Shown piece by piece: positions 10,620-19,563 of a stretch of 64,000 bases of DNA (its first letter is position 1; every line of letters begins with the position of its first letter). The position numbers and the translations under genes were made by a program. A model generated the notes under the pieces. The model made no database searches. It was not told the origin of the DNA and was given only the letters and a program-made list of their open reading frames with translations. Source of the stretch: Ignavibacteria bacterium (GTDB lineage Bacteria; Bacteroidota; Ignavibacteria; Tepidaquicellales; OLB5); assembly GCA_041859235.1 (NCBI GenBank), contig JBHEKV010000094.1, positions 5,345-69,344 of the forward strand. Reading direction: 5' to 3'.

Positions 10620-10722
10620 GTCCTCGCTGCTTCCTCTTCCTTTGTACTACGGGGGTAATATAAAGAAGCTCTTATTCAATTAACATATTTTTCAAGCTGA
10701 TTTGAAGAAGTCAGCGGTTTGA

Positions 10723-12555
10723 TTATTTTACAAGTACCATTTTTTTGGTATCAGTGAAACTTCCTGAGGTCAAAGTATAGAAGTAGATACCGCTTGAAAG
10801 CCGCGAAGCGTCAAAATCAGCGGTATAATTTCCGGCATTCATATTCTGATCCAGAAGCACTGCCGCTACTTTGCCGGTAATATCAAATACGGTCAGTTTA
10901 ACATTTCCGCTTGCGGGAATTGAAAATTTGATATTGGTTACCGGATTGAACGGATTAGGATAATTCTGGCTTAATGAATACAGCTCAGGTACTTCGGTAT
11001 TGTTCTGGTTTATTCCGGTCAGCAAACCCTCCTGGTTTGAGTATACGTTGGTTGGCCCAAAACCGGCATATGAAAACGCGCACAGGCTTGTTACCGGAGC
11101 CGGTGAATATACCATACATGTTGGTGATACAGATGTTGATGCAGTGTTGCTGTTACGTTTATAAACTGTCGAACCCAGGTTACCGATCCTTCCGCCAACT
11201 CTAAGATTGATGGAGTCACCGTCACTTGATACCCAGATGCCGTTGAACGGTTCATTTCCGTTCGGATTGGATGAGCACCATGTAAATGCTTTGTTATTTC
11301 CGTTTGACGTACCTCCCAAAGTAAAGTCCGTACTCCACAACCCGCCGCCATTTACAGTAGGGCAGTAATAAGAAACACCATTTTTTGTAACCGTAAACAT
11401 TGCAGAATCGCATGACCTGTTTTGTTTTACTGTCAGGGATGGTTTTTCGTATTTCACATTAGCGCCGCCGGAAGTAACGAAATAAGTATTGTTAGATGCT
11501 ACCGGAGACCATGGTGTCCTGATTATCCTGATCTCGTAGTTTGTGGAGCTGAAACGTCTTTCTACCGCTATCCAAACTGAATCGGTTGATGAACCTGAAC
11601 CGGGTCTTAATTCGGCGCTTGGATAGAAGTCGTTCCATCCGGAGCTGAATGTAACACCCGTCCAAGTCTGACCCCAGTTAACGCTTCTGTAATACTTGAA
11701 ATTATTGGTGGTAGTAAGTGCATTATTTGATTCTGTGCACATAACACCGATCCATGTAGCCGTTGTATAGAAAGCACCGTCACTTACGGCAGATGCAAAT
11801 GAATACTCCTGCCCGGCCGGCGGAGAAGCAATATTGCCCGCGTACCATGCTGATCCGTTCCTTCTCCAGCTTCCAAAGGACATAGTCGCGTTATCGTTGT
11901 TGCTTGATGATGAAACAGTATAGAAAACAAAAATTCTTGTTGAATCCGGATTTCCGCCTCCGTCTCTTAATTCAACCAGCAAGCTGACTGTTCCAATATA
12001 ATTTGAGGTGTACTGAATACCATTTGTATAAACCCAGCTTGCGCCGCCATTGCTGGAGCGGTATACATCTATCCTTCCGTTGGTTCCTGATACAGGAGCA
12101 CGATTGTACGCAACGTACATGTTTCCGTCTTCACCCATTTTCATATCAATTTGCCTGAAATACGGGTCACCGAATTTAACTGAGCCTGAGTAAACAGTTA
12201 CATCATTGTTATACCAGTCAGAATTAAATGGCGGCTGCACAGATTCGGTTTGCTGCGGAACTTCAAGACCTTCCTTATGCTCCATAGCATTGAATTTATT
12301 CCCGGCGGGAATCTTGCTATCCATCAGGTCCATGATTCTTTTAGCCTCAGTTTCATTTCCTGATTCCTGGGCTGTTTTAAGCTGGTCTTCGAGGTAAGCA
12401 GGATAAAACCTGCCGCCTTCATTGAACTGCCCGCGCTGCTGCTCTATGGCAGTAGGCTGATTGGTGCTCTGCGAGGAGCCGATCTCGTCCTGTGCGGAAA
12501 GAACTCCGCTGAATAAAAATGCAGTCAACACTGCAAGAAGTTTGAATCGTTTCAT
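10723..12555 (-). CDS. Secreted BNR/sialidase-like repeat protein with T9SS C-terminal sorting domain
   Basis: Signal peptide; BNR-like SxxGGxxW motifs (SSNGGASW, NWGQTW); C-terminal YPNPFNP...GIYFYTLTSGSFTDTKKMVLVK typical of Por/T9SS CTDs. Confidence 0.7.
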   Translation of the reverse strand: MKRFKLLAVLTAFLFSGVLSAQDEIGSSQSTNQPTAIEQQRGQFNEGGRFYPAYLEDQLKTAQESGNETEAKRIMDLMDSKIPAGNKFNAMEHKEGLEVPQQTESVQPPFNSDWYNNDVTVYSGSVKFGDPYFRQIDMKMGEDGNMYVAYNRAPVSGTNGRIDVYRSSNGGASWVYTNGIQYTSNYIGTVSLLVELRDGGGNPDSTRIFVFYTVSSSSNNDNATMSFGSWRRNGSAWYAGNIASPPAGQEYSFASAVSDGAFYTTATWIGVMCTESNNALTTTNNFKYYRSVNWGQTWTGVTFSSGWNDFYPSAELRPGSGSSTDSVWIAVERRFSSTNYEIRIIRTPWSPVASNNTYFVTSGGANVKYEKPSLTVKQNRSCDSAMFTVTKNGVSYYCPTVNGGGLWSTDFTLGGTSNGNNKAFTWCSSNPNGNEPFNGIWVSSDGDSINLRVGGRIGNLGSTVYKRNSNTASTSVSPTCMVYSPAPVTSLCAFSYAGFGPTNVYSNQEGLLTGINQNNTEVPELYSLSQNYPNPFNPVTNIKFSIPASGNVKLTVFDITGKVAAVLLDQNMNAGNYTADFDASRLSSGIYFYTLTSGSFTDTKKMVLVK

Positions 12556-12737
12556 TTTGTTCTCCGTTTATATTAGTTTAATTAATTCCCCCTAATTACT
12601 GCAAATATATGTTCAGCATATTTGCTGAAAAAATCATTCTTTTGAATATTTCATAAGTCAATACCGTTATTTACACAGTTAAATGTTCATTTTTTGCATA
12701 TTTTCGTAGAAAACAAGACGGGGGTTTATAGAAGTCG

Positions 12738-14279
12738 ATGAGAACATCAGATGATCTGTTTCAGCTGATCAAGTCAATGAGCAAATCAGAAAAGGGTTAT
12801 TTTAAAAAATTTGCCTCAAAACATACGATCGGTGAAAAAAATACCTACGTAAGGCTTTTTGATGCGATTGATGCCCTTAGCGAGTATGACGAGGCACAGA
12901 TAAAAATGAAATTTAAAGGTGAAAAATTCGCTGAAAAGCTTTATTCCACCAAAAACTACCTTTTTAACCTTATACTTAAAGCCTTAAGTTCTTACCATGC
13001 AGAAAAATTCGCGGTATCAAAACTGAATATGATGATGATAGAGCTTAATGTCCTGTTCGAAAAGGGGCTCTATAAACAATTCAGAACCCTGCTGAACAAG
13101 GCTATATCAATGGCAAGAGAAAATGACAAACCCTTTTATCTGGCGCTGCTTTATAACAAAGCGCTGACAAGCCTTGCGACGGATTATTATGCAAACTTCG
13201 ATGAAATGGACTATGTAAGCCTGAAAAAGGATACATTGGAGAATCTTAAGAACCTGAGCATTAATGAGCAGTACCATATTATTTATAACGATATGTTCAT
13301 GTTCACAAAAGAAACAGGGAACATACGGAATGAAAAAGACCTTGAAAAACTTAACAGCATTGTGAACAATGAGCTGATGCAGAATATTTCCTTCGCGAAG
13401 ACTTTTGATTCAAAATTCAAATTTTATACAGTGCTCGGTCATTATTACAGAATTATCGACGACAGACCGCAGTGGCTGAAATACCGCAAAGAGCTTGTTC
13501 TTTTGATGGAAAGTGACAAGAAGTACATCAGGGAGAACCCGAGAAGTTATGTACTTGCACTGAATAATTATCTGCACGCCTGTGTAATTACAGGTAAAAA
13601 TTCCGAGTTCGAAATTTACATGAAGAAACTGAAGCTGTTTTCAAAACAGTTTGAAAACAAAAAGGAATTCCTTGATATCCAGTCCAGAATATTTTTGCTC
13701 ATAAGCGATCTGGAGCTTAATTACGCCATAAAATCATTAAAAACGGATAACCTGAGAAGCATCACAGGCAGTATTGAAACAGGTTTTGAGAAATATAAAA
13801 AATCAATCAGCGAAAACAGGAAACTTTCAATTTATAACAGGATGGCATATGCATATTTTCTGATGAAAGATTTTGACAAATGCATTTTTTATCTGAACCG
13901 TATACTGAATGTTTCCAATCCTAAAATTGATCCGGAGCAGAACATTTTCGCAAGGATAAGAAGTCTGATAGTACATTTTGAGGCAGGTAATTATGACCTG
14001 CTGGAGTATACCGTCAAATCAACACGGAGATTTCTGGAGAGAACGAACAGAATATTCAAGTTTGAGAAGCTGATACTTGATTTTATTACGCGCGCGATGA
14101 ATTACAGCAGCGATGACCAAAGATATGGATTGTATGAAGAATTGAAATACTCAATAGAAAAGATATCAAATGACAAGTTTGAAAAGAATATTCTTGAACA
14201 GTTTGATTTTGTTTCGTGGATAGAAAGCAAGCTTACTCATACCGGAATGATTTATGTACTGAAGAAAAAAGCCATTTAA
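12738..14279 (+). CDS. All-helical protein of unknown function (paralog family with 44135-45571)
   Basis: The N-terminal ~50 aa (LIKSMSKSEKGYFKKF...KNTYVRLFDAI) align by eye with the N-terminus of the 478-aa protein at 44135-45571. The rest resembles TPR-like helical repeats. Confidence 0.45.
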   Translation: MRTSDDLFQLIKSMSKSEKGYFKKFASKHTIGEKNTYVRLFDAIDALSEYDEAQIKMKFKGEKFAEKLYSTKNYLFNLILKALSSYHAEKFAVSKLNMMMIELNVLFEKGLYKQFRTLLNKAISMARENDKPFYLALLYNKALTSLATDYYANFDEMDYVSLKKDTLENLKNLSINEQYHIIYNDMFMFTKETGNIRNEKDLEKLNSIVNNELMQNISFAKTFDSKFKFYTVLGHYYRIIDDRPQWLKYRKELVLLMESDKKYIRENPRSYVLALNNYLHACVITGKNSEFEIYMKKLKLFSKQFENKKEFLDIQSRIFLLISDLELNYAIKSLKTDNLRSITGSIETGFEKYKKSISENRKLSIYNRMAYAYFLMKDFDKCIFYLNRILNVSNPKIDPEQNIFARIRSLIVHFEAGNYDLLEYTVKSTRRFLERTNRIFKFEKLILDFITRAMNYSSDDQRYGLYEELKYSIEKISNDKFEKNILEQFDFVSWIESKLTHTGMIYVLKKKAI

Positions 14280-14343
14280 TTAATTTTTTAGGACTCACAT
14301 TCATTCCTTTTGTACTGAAATATGTCTTTATTTGCGTCTCATT

Positions 14344-15168
14344 CTATTTAATAATGCTGAGCAGAAATATCCTTACACCAACAATACATAATGCAATTGC
14401 CAAAGCTTTAATGATGAAATTTGCTTTCATTTTTTTAGAAAGTTTTGCACCAAGCTGTGCCCCGGCAATAACGCCAATACCCAGGTAAAGTGTTTTTGAT
14501 GCACTATCCCACGTATAAGAGCCGTCAAGGATGTGTGTCAGTGAACCCGCTAAAGCCATTATTGCGAGAACAAAATGTGACGTTGCTGTTGCTATATGAA
14601 CCGGGAAGTTGAGCATGTTGACCATTGCCGGAACGTGGATAATTCCTCCGCCGATACCAAGGAGGCTTGATACAAATCCAACAAGCACGCTTATGAAGAT
14701 GCCTGTTTTATGCTCAAACGCGTAAGCATATACATTATCTTCGCTGTCAATAATGTGTCTTCTGGAATAATGCCCGGGAACCGGTTTTGATACACCTGAC
14801 TGTTTAACAGACCTAAAAAATAAATAAACTGAAACCACAATAAGTATGATGCCAAATATGATATTAAAAATCTCTCGGTTGATGAATTTGACGGTATAAG
14901 AACCTGCAATAGCTCCGGGTATGGCCGCAATTGAAAAAATTAATCCTGAGCGGTAATCGATCTTTTTCATTCTGGAATATGCAAGAGAGCCTGAGGCCGC
15001 ATTAAAAAAAACAACTGCAAGCGAAATACTGGTAAGGATCTCAGGATCCTGATCAGGGAACATAAGCAAAAGCACAGGCATAAGCACAAATCCCCCTCCT
15101 GCACCAACAAGAGTTCCAAATGTTCCTATAGCGAAGCCGATAATTATAAGGCTAAGCTCAACAAGCAT
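14344..15168 (-). CDS. TauE/SafE family sulfite/anion exporter-like membrane protein
   Basis: About 8 TM helices with internal duplication and Gly-rich motifs (GTLVGAGGGFVLMP, LLGIGGGIIHVP) typical of the TauE/SafE (DUF81) family. Confidence 0.75.
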   Translation of the reverse strand: MLVELSLIIIGFAIGTFGTLVGAGGGFVLMPVLLLMFPDQDPEILTSISLAVVFFNAASGSLAYSRMKKIDYRSGLIFSIAAIPGAIAGSYTVKFINREIFNIIFGIILIVVSVYLFFRSVKQSGVSKPVPGHYSRRHIIDSEDNVYAYAFEHKTGIFISVLVGFVSSLLGIGGGIIHVPAMVNMLNFPVHIATATSHFVLAIMALAGSLTHILDGSYTWDSASKTLYLGIGVIAGAQLGAKLSKKMKANFIIKALAIALCIVGVRIFLLSIIK

Positions 15169-15193
15169 AATTTCACACGTTAATTAATTCCTG

Positions 15194-16354
15194 TTATTCC
15201 GAAAGAATTTCCTCATAGTACTTTTCGTACTCGGGAATAATTTTTTCCGCGGAAAAAAGAGTGGTGGCTCTATCAAGTGCGTTTTCAGAAAAAACCTTGT
15301 ACCTGTTCGGGTCTTCAAGCAGTCTTAAGGCATAATCAGCCATTTTGTCAACATCGCCAATTTCCGCAATGTAGCCGGTTTCACCGTGCAGATTAAGTTC
15401 AGGCAACCCACCGGCATTAGAAGATATAACCGGCAACCCGCAAGCCATTGCCTCAAGGGCCGAAAGGCCGAAACTTTCGGATTGTGAAGGCATAAGGAAT
15501 AAGTCTGAGACTGATAATATTTCAGTAAATGACTCCTGTTCACCATAGAACTTCACATTTTCAACCAGTCCAAGATCTTTAACCAGGTATTCACATTTGC
15601 TTCTTTCCGGCCCATCACCAATAAGCAGCAATTTAGAAGGCAGCTTATCGTTTATCAGCTTGAATGCTCTTATGGCATCATCTACGCGTTTGAGCGGGCG
15701 GAAGTTTGAAGTATGAACAAGTATCTTTTCACCATTCTTTGAAAGCCTTTCTTTAAGGCATTTTGTTTCATTGTTATCAACTTTTTTGTAGATATCCTGG
15801 TTGATAAAATTAGGGATTACCTTAATTTCTTTGGTTATTTCATACTGCGATTGTGTTTTAGTTTTCAGGAACTCCGATACTGCGGTAACACCATCAGATT
15901 TCTGCACAGAAAATTTCATAGTGGGAAGGAAACTTATTTCCAGCCCTGTCAAAGTAATATCCGTTCCGTGAAGAGTAGTGATGATCTTAATATTCCTGTT
16001 ATTCTTTTTCTTTGAAAGCACTTCTTCTTTAATGATCTCTCTTGCAAGATAGGCGCTTGTTGCGTGAGGAATAGCATAATGCGCGTGGACAAGATCCAAT
16101 CCGTTGAATTTTGCCACTTCAACTATTTTGCTTGCCAGCGCAATGCTGTAAAGCGGGAAATCAAACAGCGGGTAAGAAGCCATTTCAACTTTGTGAAAAG
16201 AAATATTATCAGAAAAACCCATATTAAGTCTCATGGGCATACTGTACGAAATAAAATGAACCTGGTGGCCGCGGGCAGCAAGCTCGATGCCAAGTTCTGT
16301 AGCTACCACACCGCTGCCGCCGTATGTAGGATAACAAAGAATGCCTATTCTCAT
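15194..16354 (-). CDS. bshA: N-acetyl-alpha-D-glucosaminyl L-malate synthase (GT4 glycosyltransferase, bacillithiol biosynthesis)
   Basis: Close end-to-end resemblance to Bacillus BshA (MRIGILCYPTYGGSGVVATELG..., TLHGTDIT, SESFGL..LEAMACG.P). Confidence 0.8.
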   Translation of the reverse strand: MRIGILCYPTYGGSGVVATELGIELAARGHQVHFISYSMPMRLNMGFSDNISFHKVEMASYPLFDFPLYSIALASKIVEVAKFNGLDLVHAHYAIPHATSAYLAREIIKEEVLSKKKNNRNIKIITTLHGTDITLTGLEISFLPTMKFSVQKSDGVTAVSEFLKTKTQSQYEITKEIKVIPNFINQDIYKKVDNNETKCLKERLSKNGEKILVHTSNFRPLKRVDDAIRAFKLINDKLPSKLLLIGDGPERSKCEYLVKDLGLVENVKFYGEQESFTEILSVSDLFLMPSQSESFGLSALEAMACGLPVISSNAGGLPELNLHGETGYIAEIGDVDKMADYALRLLEDPNRYKVFSENALDRATTLFSAEKIIPEYEKYYEEILSE

Positions 16355-16474
16355 AAATATTATATATTTAGAATAATTCCTGGATTGCTGATTTATTGAG
16401 AGCAGTAAAATAAGAATTAATGTTTATAGTTACTAACACCCAAGTATAGCCTTTTAAATCAAGACGTTCCAAAC

Positions 16475-17257
16475 TCAAAATTCTTTATTGTCAATTCCAA
16501 TGTGACACAACGCAAAATCGTACTTAACCGGGTCTTGCGGATCAAATTGTTTCAGTTTTTCAGTCAGCTCAAGGGCAAATTTCAGGTCTATTGTTTTCCT
16601 TTCGGTCAATTTAAGCGCTTTGGATATCTTAGCAATATGTGTATCAACCGGCATTATGAGCTTCGAAGTATCTACCACTTTCCACAGCCCTGTATCAATT
16701 TCGTCGCTTCTTACCATCCACCGCAGGTAAAGGTTCATACGTTTGCAGGTGCTCCGGTTTGCCGGATTTGAAAACAAATAATGGTAATACCTATCAGAGG
16801 GGGCGGGAATGTTTTTGTTGAGCTCGCCTGTAAAACCGGTCAAGGCAGGGATTAAACTACTGTCAGTTTGCTTAAAATGTGAAAGGAATAAGTTTTTTAG
16901 CGAACCATATTTCACAAGCGCATTTCTTAATGCACTGAACATATCAAGCAGATCGTTATGAGTATTGAACCTGTAATACAGGCCGGATAAGTATTTTTTA
17001 TCTTTTCGTTTGGAAAAATTAATGGTAAATTCGTATGGTTTATTGCCGGTTTTTTCGAGAAGTAAATTGATAAAGCTGTTTATCTGGTCAACAGAACCAT
17101 AGGCATAAGCCGCAGTGATCAATCCGATAAGCTCAATATCTCTTTCATCACTGAACCTGTGAAGAATCCACACTGGGTCTTTGGATGAGAATTTTTGCCT
17201 GTAACTTTGGTAATGAGCTTCTAATTTTTCTTTTAATTCAGAATAATTCAGATACAA
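16475..17257 (-). CDS. TIGR02757/DUF2400 family protein (TTG start)
   Basis: Size and motifs (DPVWILHRF, AAYAYG, YLRWMVR, PVDTH) recalled from the DUF2400 family. The start codon is TTG at 17255-17257. Confidence 0.55.
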   Translation of the reverse strand: MYLNYSELKEKLEAHYQSYRQKFSSKDPVWILHRFSDERDIELIGLITAAYAYGSVDQINSFINLLLEKTGNKPYEFTINFSKRKDKKYLSGLYYRFNTHNDLLDMFSALRNALVKYGSLKNLFLSHFKQTDSSLIPALTGFTGELNKNIPAPSDRYYHYLFSNPANRSTCKRMNLYLRWMVRSDEIDTGLWKVVDTSKLIMPVDTHIAKISKALKLTERKTIDLKFALELTEKLKQFDPQDPVKYDFALCHIGIDNKEF

Positions 17258-17258
17258 A

Positions 17259-17933
17259 ATGACAAAAGTTTATTTAACCGGTTCAGAAACAATAAATAAC
17301 GAGATCAAAGCACTATTTGACGGCAAAGCCGAATTTATTAATAACATAGAATCTGCTGAGATCATATTCAATACTACCAATTTTCCTTATTCAGAAATTG
17401 AGGAAGAACTGAAATACATAGAGTCTCATTCACCCAAAGGAGTTCCTGTGTATACATCCTCACTTTGTTTCCCGGTATCGCAGCAGTGTACCTGCTGTGA
17501 AGCCCCGGAGAGACTGGTAGGCATTGGCTTATATAACACTTTTTCGAATGCGAAAAGAATTGAAATAGCGCCATCAAAAATAACAGATGCAGCAATACTT
17601 AAAAATGCAGAAAATTTCTTAACAGAAGCAGGCATGAACTACTCAATAGTGCCTGATAGAGTTGGACTCATATTCCCAAGAATAGTATCTATGATAATCA
17701 ACGAAGCTGCGCAGGTATACAGCGAAAAAATAGCATCAAAAGAAGATATTGATACTGCAATGAAGCTGGGTACAAATTATCCGTTTGGTCCATTAGAATG
17801 GGCTGACAGGCTTGGTGTAGAACTGGTTTATAATATACTCACTGCTTTGCAGCGTGATCTTGGAGAAGACCGTTACAGACCGCACCCGCTATTGAAGGAA
17901 ATGGTGAATTTGAATAAGAGGTTTTATCAATAA
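17259..17933 (+). CDS. 3-hydroxyacyl-CoA dehydrogenase-like protein lacking the canonical N-terminal Rossmann GxGxxG
   Basis: The C-terminal two thirds align with Hbd/FadB-type dehydrogenases (IVSMIINEAAQVY...EDIDTAMKLGTNYPFGPLEWADRLG...RYRPHPLL). The N-terminus (MTKVYLTGSETINN) has no dinucleotide-binding glycine motif. Confidence 0.65.
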   Translation: MTKVYLTGSETINNEIKALFDGKAEFINNIESAEIIFNTTNFPYSEIEEELKYIESHSPKGVPVYTSSLCFPVSQQCTCCEAPERLVGIGLYNTFSNAKRIEIAPSKITDAAILKNAENFLTEAGMNYSIVPDRVGLIFPRIVSMIINEAAQVYSEKIASKEDIDTAMKLGTNYPFGPLEWADRLGVELVYNILTALQRDLGEDRYRPHPLLKEMVNLNKRFYQ

Positions 17934-17940
17934 CCTTTTT

Positions 17941-17991
17941 TGGATTGCATTGACTGCGTCAATGCAGCACTGACATAGTCAATGCAATCCA
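17941..17991. repeat. Nested palindromic element, copy B (three GCATTGAC/GTCAATGC arms)
   Basis: TGGATTGCATTGAC (17941-17954) pairs with GTCAATGCAATCCA (17978-17991). The inner perfect hairpin is TGCATTGAC-TGC-GTCAATGCA (17946-17966). The right arm overlaps the last codons and stop of miaA. Confidence 0.8.
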
Positions 17992-18911
17992 ATATGATCA
18001 AATTCCTTTGCTATCCACTTAATATTTTCATCCCTTCTGAACCATGTCAATTGCCGTTTGGCAAAACGGCGGGTATTTTGTTTGATAAGTTCGGTCATTC
18101 TTTCTTTTGAGACTATACCATCAAGGAAATCGAATATTTCTCTTGCACCTACTGTATTCAAAGCATTATGAGTTTTATAATGATACCCTTTCTCTCTTAA
18201 AGCTTTAATTTCTTCCAGCATACCGTTGATTAACATTACATCAGTTCTTTTGTTGATCCTGTCATACAGCTCGCTTCGATCCAATTGAATGCCGTACATT
18301 TCAGCTTCAAAGTTTATTTCTATCTTATTGCTCTGGTGCTGTGAAATTGGAATGCCGGTAACATAAAACACTTCCAGTGCGCGGATAACGCGGCGCTCCT
18401 TAACCTCTTTCATCCTTTCAAAAGTTTCAGGGTCATGAGTTTTAAGTTCATTGAGCAAAAAATCAAATCCTTTTTCGGCTTTAAGTTCATATATCTCTTC
18501 CCGTTTGGTTCTGAACTTATTATCAAGCTCTTTATCATCACTTCCAATTTCAAAAAAACCGTATACAAGTGAATTCACATACAATCCGCTTCCGCCAACT
18601 ACCAAAGGTATTTTCCCTTCACCAAACAATTCATCGATCAGGTTTCTTGCCTGTGAGCCGAACTCACCTGCATTAAATTCTTCGTCCAGCTCCAGTGAGT
18701 TTATGAAATGATGTTTGAATCTGCCCAATTCTTTATCAGTTGGCTGTGCTGTTGTAATTGGAATGTGCTTGTAAACCTGGCGGGAATCTGCCGAAATAAT
18801 CTCGACAATCTTACCTGTTCTTTTCTCAATATTCTGTGCTGTTTGTAAAGCAAGGGATGTTTTTCCTGAAGCAGTTGGGCCGGTAATGACTATTATTTTT
18901 GGCTTTGCCAT
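17979..18911 (-). CDS. miaA: tRNA dimethylallyltransferase
   Basis: P-loop GPTASGKTSLAL, the SADSRQVYK motif, and a C-terminal RRFAKRQLTWFRR motif. Confidence 0.92.
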   Translation of the reverse strand: MAKPKIIVITGPTASGKTSLALQTAQNIEKRTGKIVEIISADSRQVYKHIPITTAQPTDKELGRFKHHFINSLELDEEFNAGEFGSQARNLIDELFGEGKIPLVVGGSGLYVNSLVYGFFEIGSDDKELDNKFRTKREEIYELKAEKGFDFLLNELKTHDPETFERMKEVKERRVIRALEVFYVTGIPISQHQSNKIEINFEAEMYGIQLDRSELYDRINKRTDVMLINGMLEEIKALREKGYHYKTHNALNTVGAREIFDFLDGIVSKERMTELIKQNTRRFAKRQLTWFRRDENIKWIAKEFDHIGLH

Positions 18912-18919
18912 ACAACAGC

Positions 18920-19558
18920 CTATACTTTCCAGCCTTCGGAGCCAATAAGAGGAACAAACTTGAAGTAATCGTAAAACTTCTTTTTAATTCCGGTTTCAGT
19001 TCTGGTAATTTCAACCAGTTTTTGTGTCTGCTGGTCACCAACCGGGATAACGAGTTTACCCCCAACATTCAACTGCTCAATCAGGTGATGTGGGATATCA
19101 GGTGCACCGGCCGTAACAATAATCTTATCATATGGAGCGTATTCTTCCCACCCAAGGGTGCCATCATCAAGCTTCAATTTAACTTCGTATCCTAACTGAG
19201 GAAGAAGGACTGAAGCATTTTCATACAGTTTTTCGATCCGCTCTACTGAATAAACTTCAGCACCAAGTTCACAAAGTACCGCAGCCTGGTAACCGGATCC
19301 GGTGCCAATTTCCAGAATTTTATCACCTGGATTGATTGTAAGGACCTGTGTCATATATGCTACAGTAAAGGGCTGCGATATGGTTTGAGCGCATTCTATG
19401 GGAAGAGCATTATCATCGTAGGCAAATTTCCTTAATGCATCAGAAATAAATTTTTCGCGGGGAATATCGTATATTGCCTTAAGTACTTTTTCATCTTTGA
19501 TCCCTTTATCCCAGAGTCCTTCGACGAGTTTCCGTTTTTCTTCTTCCAGCAAAAGCAT
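18920..19558 (-). CDS. pcm: Protein-L-isoaspartate O-methyltransferase
   Basis: TISQPFTVAYM, SAM-binding ILEIGTGSGYQAAVL, and C-terminal GGKLVIPVG. Confidence 0.9.
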   Translation of the reverse strand: MLLLEEEKRKLVEGLWDKGIKDEKVLKAIYDIPREKFISDALRKFAYDDNALPIECAQTISQPFTVAYMTQVLTINPGDKILEIGTGSGYQAAVLCELGAEVYSVERIEKLYENASVLLPQLGYEVKLKLDDGTLGWEEYAPYDKIIVTAGAPDIPHHLIEQLNVGGKLVIPVGDQQTQKLVEITRTETGIKKKFYDYFKFVPLIGSEGWKV

Positions 19559-19563
19559 AAATA

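Noticed and set aside
10621-10660. The minus strand contains GGAAGAGGAAGCAGCGAGG, reminiscent of the conserved GGAAGCAGCC segment of bacterial SRP (4.5S) RNA helix 8.
   Set aside because: The sequence 5' of the putative GNRA loop (GUACAAA) cannot pair with the 3' side to form helix 8, and no complementary long helix 5 strand is evident. The similarity is limited to about 9 nt. An Rfam covariance-model scan would settle it.
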